Source: Eledone cirrhosa
Taxonomy: Eukaryota
Reading direction: 5' to 3'
Assembly: GCA_964016885.1 (NCBI GenBank)
Contig: OZ024759.1
Coordinates: 186,001-250,000 of the forward strand
Length of the DNA: 64,000 nucleotides
The position numbers and the translations under genes were made by a program. Under the pieces are notes generated by a model, which worked only from the letters and a program-made list of their open reading frames with translations, was not told the origin of the DNA and searched no databases. Below are positions 1 to 14,300 of this stretch, piece by piece. The first letter of the stretch is position 1; each line of letters opens with the position of its first letter.

Positions 1-3000
1 TAGTAACATGACAGTCTATATTAGTAACATGATAGTCTATATTAGTAGCATGACAAAGTCTATATTAGTAACATGACACAGTCTATATTAGTAACATGAC
101 AGTCTATATTAGTAACATGACAAAGTCTATATTAGTAGCATGACAAAGTCTATATTAGTAACATGACAAAGTCTATATTAGTAACATGACAAAGTCTATA
201 TTAGTAACATGACAGTCTATATTAGTAACATGACAGTCCATATTAGTAGCATGACAAAGTCTATATTAGTAACATGACAAAGTCTATATTAGTAACATGA
301 CACAGTCTATATTAGTAACATGACAAAGTCTATATTAGTAACATGACAGTCTATATTAGTAACATGACAAAGTCTATATTAGTAACATGACAAAGTCTAT
401 ATTAGTAACATGACAGTCTATATTAGTAACATGACAAAGTCTATATTAGTAACATGACAAAGTCTATATTAGTAACATGACACAGTCTATATTAGTAACA
501 TGACAAAGTCTATATTAGTAACATGACAGTCTATATTAGTAACATGACAAAGTCTATATTAGTAACATGACAGTCTATATTGTAACATGACACAGTCTAT
601 ATTTGTAACATGACACAGTCTATATTAGTAACATGACAAAGTCTATATTAGTAACATGACAGTCTATATTAGTAACATGACAAAGTCTATATTAGTAACA
701 TGACAAAGTCTATATTAGTAACATGACAAAGTCTATATTAGTAACATTACAGACTATATTAGTAACATGACACAGTCTATATTAGTAACATGACAAAGTC
801 TATATTAGTAACATGACATAGACTATATTAGTAACATGACAAAGTCTATATTAGTAACATTACAGTCTATATTAGTAACATGACAAAGTCTATATTAGCA
901 ACATGACACAGTCTATATTAGTAACATGACAAAGTCTCTATTAGTAACATGACAAAGTCTATATTAGTAACATGACAAAGTCTATATTAGTTACATGACA
1001 GTCTATATTAGTAACATGACAAAGTCTATATTAGTAACATGACAAAGTCTATATTAGTAACATGACAGTCTATATTAGTAACATGACACAGTCTATATTA
1101 GTAACATGACACGGTCTATATTAGTAACATGACAAAGTCTATATTAGTAACATGACACAGTCTATATTATTAACATGACAAAGTCTATATTAGTAACATG
1201 ACACAGTCTATATTAGTAACATGACATAGTCTATATTAGTAACATGACATAGTCTATATTAGTAGCATGACAAAGTCTATATTAGTAACATGACAAAGTC
1301 TATATTAGTAACATGACACAGTCTATATTAGTAACATGACAAAGTCTATATTAGTAACATGACACAGTCTATATTAGTAATATGACAAAGTCTATATTAG
1401 TAACATGACACAGTCTATATTAGTAACATGACACAGTCTATATTAGTAACATGACAAAGTCTATATTAGTAGCATGACAAAGTCTATATTAGTAAGATGA
1501 CAAAGTCTATATTAGTAACATGACAAAGTCTATATTAGTAACATGACAGTCTATATTAGTAACATGACACAGTCTATATTAGTAACATGACAAAGTCTAT
1601 ATTAGTAGCATGACAAAGTCTATATTAGTAAGATGACAAAGTCTATATTAGTAACATGACAAAGTCTATATTAGTAACATGACAGTCTATATTAGTAACA
1701 TGACAAAGTCTATATTAGTAACATGACAGTCTATATTAGAAACATGACAGTCTATATTAGTAACATGACAAAGTCTATATTAGTAACATGACAAGGTCTA
1801 TATTAGTAACATGACAAAGTCTATATTAGTAACATGACAAAGTCTATATTAGTAACATGGCAATGTCTATATTCGTAACATGACAAAGTCTATATTAGTA
1901 ACATGGCAAAGTCTAAATTAGTAACATGACAAAGTCTATATTAGTAACATGTCAAGGTCTATATTAGTAACATGACAAAGTCTATATTAGTAACATGACA
2001 AAGTCTATATTAGTAACATGACAGTCTATATTAGTAACATGACAAAGTCTATATTAGTAACATGACACAGTCTATATTAGTAGCATGACAAAGTCTATAT
2101 TAGTAACATGACACAGTCTATATTAGTAACATGACAAAGTCTATATTAGTAACATGACAGTCTATATTAGTAACATGACAGTCTATATTAGTAGCATGAC
2201 AAAGTCTATATTAGTAACATGACACAGTCTATATTAGTAACATGACAGTCTATATTAGTAACATGACAAAGTCTATATTAGTAGCATGACAAAGTCTATA
2301 TTAGTAACATGACACAGTCTATATTAGTAACATGACAAAGTCTATATTAGTAGCATGACAAAGTCTATATTAGTAACATGACAAAGTCTATATTAGTAAC
2401 ATGACAAAGTCTATATTAGTAACATGACAGTCTATATTAGTAACATGACAGTCCATATTAGTAGCATGACAAAGTCTATATTAGTAACATGACAAAGTCT
2501 ATATTAGTAACATGACACAGTCTATATTAGTAACATGACACAGTCTATATTAGTAACATGACACAGTCTATATTAGTAACATGACAAAGTCTATATTAGT
2601 AACATGACAGTCTATATTAGTAACATGACAAAGTCTATATTAGTAACATGACAAAGTCTATATTAGTAACATGACAAAGTCTATATTAGTAACATTACAG
2701 ACTATATTAGTAACATGACACAGTCTATATTAGTAACATGACAAAGTCTATATTAGTAACATGACATAGACTATATTAGTAACATGACAAAGTCTATATT
2801 AGTAACATGACAGTCTATATTAGTAACATGACAAAGTCTATATTAGCAACATGACACAGTCTATATTAGTAACATGACAAAGTCTCTATTAGTAACATGA
2901 CAAAGTCTATATTAGTAACATGACAAAGTCTATATTAGTAACATGACAAAGTCTATATTAGTAACATGACAGTCTATATTAGTAACATGACACAGTCTAT

Positions 3001-3449
3001 ATTAGTAACATGACACGGTCTATGTTAGTAACATGACAAAGTCTATATTAGTAACATGACACAGTCTATATTATTAACATGACAAAGTCTATATTAGTAA
3101 CATGACACAGTCTATATTAGTAACATGACATAGTCTATATTAGTAACATGACATAGTCTATATTAGTAGCATGACAGTCCATATTAGTAGCATGACAAAG
3201 TCTATATTAGTAACATGACAAAGTCTATATTAGTAACATGACACAGTCTATATTAGTAACATGACAGTCTATATTAGTAACATGACACAGTCTATATTAG
3301 TAACATGACACGGTCTATATTCGTAACATGACAAAGTCTATATTAGTAACATGACACAGTCTATATTATTAACATGACAAAGTCTATATTAGTAACATGA
3401 CACAGTCTATATTAGTAACATGACATAGTCTATATTAGTAACATGACAT

Positions 3450-6400
3450 AGTCTATATTAGTAGCATGACAAAGTCTATATTAGTAACATGACAAAGTCT
3501 ATATTAGTAACATGACACAGTCTATATTAGTAACATGAGAAAGTCTATATTAGTAACATGACACAGTCTATATTAGTAACATGACAAAGTCTATATTAGT
3601 AACATGACACAGTCTATATTAGTAACATGACACAGTCTATATTAGTAACATGACAAAGTCTATATTAGTAGCATGACAAAGTCTATATTAGTAACATGAC
3701 AAAGTCTATATTAGTAACATGACATAGACTATATTAGTAACATGACAAAGTCTATATTAGTAACATGACAGTCTATATTAGTAACATGACAAAGTCTATA
3801 TTAGCAACATGACACAGTCTATATTAGTAACATGACAAAGTCTCTATTAGTAACATGACAAAGTCTATATTAGTAACATGACAAAGTCTATATTAGTAAC
3901 ATGACAGTCTATATTAGTAACATGACAAAGTCTATATTAGTAACATGACAAAGTCTATATTAGTAACATGACAGTCTATATTAGTAACATGACACAGTCT
4001 ATATTAGTAACATGACACGGTCTATATTCGTAACATGACAAAGTCTATATTAGTAACATGACACAGTCTATATTATTAACATGACAAAGTCTATATTAGT
4101 AACATGACACAGTCTATATTAGTAACATGACATAGTCTATATTAGTAACATGACATAGTCTATATTAGTAGCATGACAAAGTCTATATTAGTAACATGAC
4201 AAAGTCTATATTAGTAACATGACACAGTCTATATTAGTAACATGAGAAAGTCTATATTAGTAACATGACACAGTCTATATTAGTAACATGACAAAGTCTA
4301 TATTAGTAACATGACACAGTCTATATTAGTAACATGACACAGTCTATATTAGTAACATGACAAAGTCTATATTAGTAGCATGACAAAGTCTATATTAGTA
4401 ACATGACAAAGTCTATATTAGTAACATGACACAGTCTATCTTAGTAACATGACAAAGTCTATATTAGTAACATGACAGTCTATATTAGTAACATGACAGT
4501 CTATATTTATTAACATGACAAAGTCTATATTAGTAACATGACAAGGTCTATATTAGTAACATGACAAAGTCTATATTAGTAACATGACAAAGTCTATATT
4601 AGTAACATGGCAATGTCTATATTAGTAACATGACAAAGTCTATATTAGTAACATGGCAAAGTCTAAATTAGTAACATGACAAAGTCTATATTAGTAACAT
4701 GTCAAGGTCTATATTAGTAACATGACAAAGTCTATATTAGTAACATGACAAAGTCTATATTAGTAACATGACAGTCTATATTAGTAACATGACAAAGTCT
4801 ATATTAGTAACATGACACAGTCTATATTAGTAGCATGACAAAGTCTATATTAGTAACATGACACAGTCTATATTAGTAACATGACAAAGTCTATATTAGT
4901 AACATGACAGTCTATATTAGTAACATGACAGTCTATGTTAGTAGCATGACAAAGTCTATATTAGTAACATGACACAGTCTATATTAGTAACATGACAGTC
5001 TATATTAGTAACATGACAAAGTCTATATTAGTAGCATGACAAAGTCTATATTAGTAACATGACACAGTCTATATTAGTAACATGACAAAGTCTATATTAG
5101 TAGCATGACAAAGTCTATATTAGTAACATGACAAAGTCTATATTAGTAACATGACAAAGTCTATATTAGTAACATGACAGTCTATATTAGTAACATGACA
5201 GTCCATATTAGTAGCATGACAAAGTCTATATTAGTAACATGACAAAGTCTATATTAGTAACATGACACAGACTATATTAGTAACATGACACAGTCTATAT
5301 TAGTAACATGACACAGTCTATATTAGTAACATGACAAAGTCTATATTAGTAACATGACAGTCTATATTAGTAGCATGACAAAGTCTATATTAGTAACATG
5401 ACAAAGTCTATATTAGTAACATGACAAAGTCTATATTAGTAACATGACAGTCTATATTAGTAGCATGACAAAATCTATATTAGTAACATGACAAAGTCTA
5501 TATTAGTAACATGACAAAGTCTATATTAGTAACATGACAGTCTATATTAGTAACATGACAGTCCATATTAGTAGCATGACAAAGTCTATATTAGTAACAT
5601 GACAAAGTCTATATTAGTAACATGACACAGTCTATATTAGTAACATGACACAGTCTATATTAGTAACATGACACAGTCTATATTAGTAACATTACAGACT
5701 ATATTAGTAACATGACACAGTCTATATTAGTAACATGACAAAGTCTATATTAGTAACATAACATAGACTATATTAGTAACATGACAAAGTCTATATTAGT
5801 AACATGACAGTCTATATTAGTAACATGACAAAGTCTATATTAGCAACATGACACAGTCTATATTAGTAACATGACAAAGTCTCTATTAGTAACATGACAA
5901 AGTCTATATTAGTAACATGACAAAGTCTATATTAGTAACATGACAGTCTATATTAGTAACATGACATAGTCTATATTAGTAGCATGACAAAGTCTATATT
6001 AGTAGCATGACAAAGTCTATATTAGTAACATGACAAAGTCTATATTAGTAACATGACACAGTCTATATTAGTAACATGAGAAAGTCTATATTAGTAACAT
6101 GACACAGTCTATATTAGTAACATGACAAAGTCTATATTAGTAACATGACACAGTCTATATTAGTAACATGACACAGTCTATATTAGTAACATGACAAAGT
6201 CTATATTAGTAGCATGACAAAGTCTATATTAGTAACATGACAAAGTCTATATTAGTAACATGACATAGACTATATTAGTAACATGACAAAGTCTATATTA
6301 GTAACATGACAGTCTATATTAGTAACATGACAAAGTCTATATTAGCAACATGACACAGTCTATATTAGTAACATGACAAAGTCTCTATTAGTAACATGAC

Positions 6401-8507
6401 AAAGTCTATATTAGTAACATGACAAAGTCTATATTAGTAACATGACAGTCTATATTAGTAACATGACAAAGTCTATATTAGTAACATGACAAAGTCTATA
6501 TTAGTAACATGACAGTCTATATTAGTAACATGACACAGTCTATATTAGTAACATGACACGGTCTATATTCGTAACATGACAAAGTCTATATTAGTAACAT
6601 GACACAGTCTATATTATTAACATGACAAAGTCTATATTAGTAACATGACACAGTCTATATTAGTAACATGACATAGTCTATATTAGTAACATGACATAGT
6701 CTATATTAGTAGCATGACAAAGTCTATATTAGTAACATGACAAAGTCTATATTAGTAACATGACACAGTCTATATTAGTAACATGAGAAAGTCTATATTA
6801 GTAACATGACACAGTCTATATTAGTAACATGACAAAGTCTATATTAGTAACATGACACAGTCTATATTAGTAACATGACACAGTCTATATTAGTAACATG
6901 ACAAAGTCTATATTAGTAGCATGACAAAGTCTATATTAGTAACATGACAAAGTCTATATTAGTAACATGACACAGTCTATCTTAGTAACATGACAAAGTC
7001 TATATTAGTAACATGACAGTCTATATTAGTAACATGACAGTCTATATTTATTAACATGACAAAGTCTATATTAGTAACATGACAAGGTCTATATTAGTAA
7101 CATGACAAAGTCTATATTAGTAACATGACAAAGTCTATATTAGTAACATGGCAATGTCTATATTAGTAACATGACAAAGTCTATATTAGTAACATGGCAA
7201 AGTCTAAATTAGTAACATGACAAAGTCTATATTAGTAACATGTCAAGGTCTATATTAGTAACATGACAAAGTCTATATTAGTAACATGACAAAGTCTATA
7301 TTAGTAACATGACAGTCTATATTAGTAACATGACAAAGTCTATATTAGTAACATGACACAGTCTATATTAGTAGCATGACAAAGTCTATATTAGTAACAT
7401 GACACAGTCTATATTAGTAACATGACAAAGTCTATATTAGTAACATGACAGTCTATATTAGTAACATGACAGTCTATGTTAGTAGCATGACAAAGTCTAT
7501 ATTAGTAACATGACACAGTCTATATTAGTAACATGACAGTCTATATTAGTAACATGACAAAGTCTATATTAGTAGCATGACAAAGTCTATATTAGTAACA
7601 TGACACAGTCTATATTAGTAACATGACAAAGTCTATATTAGTAGCATGACAAAGTCTATATTAGTAACATGACAAAGTCTATATTAGTAACATGACAAAG
7701 TCTATATTAGTAACATGACAGTCTATATTAGTAACATGACAGTCCATATTAGTAGCATGACAAAGTCTATATTAGTAACATGACAAAGTCTATATTAGTA
7801 ACATGACACAGACTATATTAGTAACATGACACAGTCTATATTAGTAACATGACACAGTCTATATTAGTAACATGACAAAGTCTATATTAGTAACATGACA
7901 GTCTATATTAGTAGCATGACAAAGTCTATATTAGTAACATGACAAAGTCTATATTAGTAACATGACAAAGTCTATATTAGTAACATGACAGTCTATATTA
8001 GTAGCATGACAAAATCTATATTAGTAACATGACAAAGTCTATATTAGTAACATGACAAAGTCTATATTAGTAACATGACAGTCTATATTAGTAACATGAC
8101 AGTCCATATTAGTAGCATGACAAAGTCTATATTAGTAACATGACAAAGTCTATATTAGTAACATGACACAGTCTATATTAGTAACATGACACAGTCTATA
8201 TTAGTAACATGACACAGTCTATATTAGTAACATTACAGACTATATTAGTAACATGACACAGTCTATATTAGTAACATGACAAAGTCTATATTAGTAACAT
8301 AACATAGACTATATTAGTAACATGACAAAGTCTATATTAGTAACATGACAGTCTATATTAGTAACATGACAAAGTCTATATTAGCAACATGACACAGTCT
8401 ATATTAGTAACATGACAAAGTCTCTATTAGTAACATGACAAAGTCTATATTAGTAACATGACAAAGTCTATATTAGTAACATGACAGTCTATATTAGTAA
8501 CATGACA
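3450..8507. repeat. Tandem segmental duplication within the array, period 2541 bp (about 3450-5966 and 5991-8507)
   Basis: Rare markers recur at +2541: GTCTATCTTAG (C at 4440/6981), GTCTAAATTAG (4661/7202), AACATAACATAGAC (5760/8301). Confidence 0.9.
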
Positions 8508-11349
8508 AAGTCTATATTAGTAACATGACAAAGTCTATATTAGTAACATGACAGTCTATATTAGTAACATGACACAGTCTATATTAGTAACATGACACGG
8601 TCTATATTAGAAACATGACAAAGTCTATATTAGTAACATGACACAGTCTATATTATTAACATGACAAAGTCTATATTAGTAACATGACACAGTCTATATT
8701 AGTAACATGACATAGTCTATATTAGTAACATGACATAGTCTATATTAGTAGCATGACAAAGTCTATATTAGTAACATGACAAAGTCTATATTAGTAACAT
8801 GACACAGTCTATATTAGTAACATGAGAAAGTCTATATTAGTAACATGACACAGTCTATATTAGTAACATGACAAAGTCTATATTAGTAACATGACACAGT
8901 CTATATTAGTAACATGACACAGTCTATATTAGTAACATGACAAAGTCTATATTAGTAGCATGACAAAGTCTATATTAGTAACATGACAAAGTCTATATTA
9001 GTAACATGACACAGTCTATATTAGTAACATGACAAAGTCTATATTAGTAACATGACAGTCTATATTAGTAACATGACAGTCTATATTAGTAACATGACAA
9101 AGTCTATATTAGTAACATGACAAGGTCTATATTAGTAACATGACAAAGTCTATATTAGTAACATGACAAAGTCTATATTAGTAACATGGCAATGTCTATA
9201 TTAGTAACATGACAAAGTCTATATTAGTAACATGGCAAAGTCTAAATTAGTAACATGACAAAGTCTATATTAGTAACATGTCAAGGTCTATATTAGTAAC
9301 ATGACAAAGTCTATATTAGTAACATGACAAAGTCTATATTAGTAACATGACAGTCTATATTAGTAACATGACAAAGTCTATATTAGTAACATGACACAGT
9401 CTATATTAGTAGCATGACAAAGTCTATATTAGTAACATGACACAGTCTATATTAGTAACATGACAAAGTCTATATTAGTAACATGACAGTCTATATTAGT
9501 AACATGATAGTCTATATTAGTAGCATGACAAAGTCTATATTAGTAACATGACACAGTCTATATTAGTAACATGACAGTCTATATTAGTAACATGACAAAG
9601 TCTATATTAGTAGCATGACAAAGTCTATATTAGTAACATGACACAGTCTATATTAGTAACATGACAAAGTCTATATTAGTAGCATGACAAAGTCTATATT
9701 AGTAACATGACAAAGTCTATATTAGTAACATGACAAAGTCTATATTAGTAACATGACAGTCTATATTAGTAACATGACAGTCCATATTAGTAGCATGACA
9801 AAGTCTATATTAGTAACATGACAAAGTCTATATTAGTAACATGACACAGTCTATATTAGTAACATGACAAAGTCTATATTAGTAACATGACAGTCTATAT
9901 TAGTAACATGACAAAGTCTATATTAGTAACATGACAGTCTATATTGTAACATGACACAGTCTATATTTGTAACATGACACAGTCTATATTAGTAACATGA
10001 CAAAGTCTATATTAGTAACATGACAGTCTATATTAGTAACATGACAAAGTCTATATTAGTAACATGACAAAGTCTATATTAGTAACATGACAAAGTCTAT
10101 ATTAGTAACATTACAGACTATATTAGTAACATGACACAGTCTATATTAGTAACATGACAAAGTCTATATTAGTAACATGACATAGACTATATTAGTAACA
10201 TGACAAAGTCTATATTAGTAACATGACAGTCTATATTAGTAACATGACAAAGTCTATATTAGCAACATGACACAGTCTATATTAGTAACATGACAAAGTC
10301 TCTATTAGTAACATGACAAAGTCTATATTAGTAACATGACAAAGTCTATATTAGTTACATGACAGTCTATATTAGTAACATGACAAAGTCTATATTAGTA
10401 ACATGACAAAGTCTATATTAGTAACATGACAGTCTATATTAGTAACATGACACAGTCTATATTAGTAACATGACACGGTCTATATTAGTAACATGACAAA
10501 GTCTATATTAGTAACATGACACAGTCTATATTATTAACATGACAAAGTCTATATTAGTAACATGACACAGTCTATATTAGTAACATGACATAGTCTATAT
10601 TAGTAACATGACATAGTCTATATTAGTAGCATGACAAAGTCTATATTAGTAACATGACAAAGTCTATATTAGTAACATGACACAGTCTATATTAGTAACA
10701 TGACAAAGTCTATATTAGTAACATGACACAGTCTATATTAGTAATATGACAAAGTCTATATTAGTAACATGACACAGTCTATATTAGTAACATGACACAG
10801 TCTATATTAGTAACATGACAAAGTCTATATTAGTAGCATGACAAAGTCTATATTAGTAAGATGACAAAGTCTATATTAGTAACATGACACAGTCTATATT
10901 AGTAACATGACAAAGTCTATATTAGTAACATGACAGTCTATATTAGAAACATGACAGTCTATATTAGTAACATGACAAAGTCTATATTAGTAACATGACA
11001 AGGTCTATATTAGTAACATGACAAAGTCTATATTAGTAACATGACAAAGTCTATATTTGTAACATGGCAATGTCTATATTAGTAACATGACAAAGTCTAT
11101 ATTAGTAACATGGCAAAGTCTAAATTAGTAACATGACAAAGTCTATATTAGTAACATGTCAAGGTCTATATTAGTAACATGACAAAGTCTATATTAGTAA
11201 CATGACAAAGTCTATATTAGTAACATGACAGTCTATATTAGTAACATGACAAAGTCTATATTAGTAACATGACACAGTCTATATTAGTAGCATGACAAAG
11301 TCTATATTAGTAACATGACACAGTCTATATTAGTAACATGACAAAGTCT

Positions 11350-14300
11350 ATATTAGTAACATGACAGTCTATATTAGTAACATGATAGTCTATATTAGTA
11401 GCATGACAAAGTCTATATTAGTAACATGACACAGTCTATATTAGTAACATGACAGTCTATATTAGTAACATGACAAAGTCTATATTAGTAGCATGACAAA
11501 GTCTATATTAGTAACATGACAAAGTCTATATTAGTAACATGACAAAGTCTATATTAGTAACATGACAGTCTATATTAGTAACATGACAGTCCATATTAGT
11601 AGCATGACAAAGTCTATATTAGTAACATGACAAAGTCTATATTAGTAACATGACACAGTCTATATTAGTAACATGACAAAGTCTATATTAGTAACATGAC
11701 AGTCTATATTAGTAACATGACAAAGTCTATATTAGTAACATGACAGTCTATATTGTAACATGACACAGTCTATATTTGTAACATGACACAGTCTATATTA
11801 GTAACATGACAAAGTCTATATTAGTAACATGACAGTCTATATTAGTAACATGACAAAGTCTATATTAGTAACATGACAAAGTCTATATTAGTAACATGAC
11901 ACAGTCTATATTAGTAACATGACAAAGTCTATATTAGTAACATGACAGTCTATATTAGTAACATGACAAAGTCTATATTAGTAACATGACAGTCTATATT
12001 GTAACATGACACAGTCTATATTTGTAACATGACACAGTCTATATTAGTAACATGACAAAGTCTATATTAGTAACATGACAGTCTATATTAGTAACATGAC
12101 AAAGTCTATATTAGTAACATGACAAAGTCTATATTAGTAACATGACAAAGTCTATATTAGTAACATTACAGACTATATTAGTAACATGACACAGTCTATA
12201 TTAGTAACATGACAAAGTCTATATTAGTAACATGACATAGACTATATTAGTAACATGACAAAGTCTATATTAGTAACATGACAGTCTATATTAGTAACAT
12301 GACAAAGTCTATATTAGCAACATGACACAGTCTATATTAGTAACATGACAAAGTCTCTATTAGTAACATGACAAAGTCTATATTAGTAACATGACAAAGT
12401 CTATATTAGTTACATGACAGTCTATATTAGTAACATGACAAAGTCTATATTAGTAACATGACAAAGTCTATATTAGTAACATGACAGTCTATATTAGTAA
12501 CATGACACAGTCTATATTAGTAACATGACACGGTCTATATTAGTAACATGACAAAGTCTATATTAGTAACATGACACAGTCTATATTATTAACATGACAA
12601 AGTCTATATTAGTAACATGACACAGTCTATATTAGTAACATGACATAGTCTATATTAGTAACATGACATAGTCTATATTAGTAGCATGACAAAGTCTATA
12701 TTAGTAACATGACAAAGTCTATATTAGTAACATGACACAGTCTATATTAGTAACATGACAAAGTCTATATTAGTAACATGACACAGTCTATATTAGTAAT
12801 ATGACAAAGTCTATATTAGTAACATGACACAGTCTATATTAGTAACATGACACAGTCTATATTAGTAACATGACAAAGTCTATATTAGTAGCATGACAAA
12901 GTCTATATTAGTAAGATGACAAAGTCTATATTAGTAACATGACAAAGTCTATATTAGTAACATGACAGTCTATATTAGTAACATGACACAGTCTATATTA
13001 GTAACATGACAAAGTCTATATTAGTAGCATGACAAAGTCTATATTAGTAAGATGACAAAGTCTATATTAGTAACATGACAAAGTCTATATTAGTAACATG
13101 ACAGTCTATATTAGTAACATGACAAAGTCTATATTAGTAACATGACAGTCTATATTAGAAACATGACAGTCTATATTAGTAACATGACAAAGTCTATATT
13201 AGTAACATGACAAAGTCTATATTAGTAACATGACAAAGTCTATATTAGTAACATGGCAATGTCTATATTCGTAACATGACAAAGTCTATATTAGTAACAT
13301 GGCAAAGTCTAAATTAGTAACATGACAAAGTCTATATTAGTAACATGTCAAGGTCTATATTAGTAACATGACAAAGTCTATATTAGTAACATGACAAAGT
13401 CTATATTAGTAACATGACAGTCTATATTAGTAACATGACAAAGTCTATATTAGTAACATGACACAGTCTATATTAGTAGCATGACAAAGTCTATATTAGT
13501 AACATGACACAGTCTATATTAGTAACATGACAAAGTCTATATTAGTAACATGACAGTCTATATTAGTAACATGACAGTCTATATTAGTAGCATGACAAAG
13601 TCTATATTAGTAACATGACACAGTCTATATTAGTAACATGACAGTCTATATTAGTAACATGACAAAGTCTATATTAGTAGCATGACAAAGTCTATATTAG
13701 TAACATGACACAGTCTATATTAGTAACATGACAAAGTCTATATTAGTAGCATGACAAAGTCTATATTAGTAACATGACAAAGTCTATATTAGTAACATGA
13801 CAAAGTCTATATTAGTAACATGACAGTCTATATTAGTAACATGACAGTCCATATTAGTAGCATGACAAAGTCTATATTAGTAACATGACAAAGTCTATAT
13901 TAGTAACATGACACAGTCTATATTAGTAACATGACACAGTCTATATTAGTAACATGACACAGTCTATATTAGTAACATGACAAAGTCTATATTAGTAACA
14001 TGACAGTCTATATTAGTAACATGACAAAGTCTATATTAGTAACATGACAAAGTCTATATTAGTAACATGACAAAGTCTATATTAGTAACATTACAGACTA
14101 TATTAGTAACATGACACAGTCTATATTAGTAACATGACAAAGTCTATATTAGTAACATGACATAGACTATATTAGTAACATGACAAAGTCTATATTAGTA
14201 ACATGACAGTCTATATTAGTAACATGACAAAGTCTATATTAGCAACATGACACAGTCTATATTAGTAACATGACAAAGTCTCTATTAGTAACATGACAAA

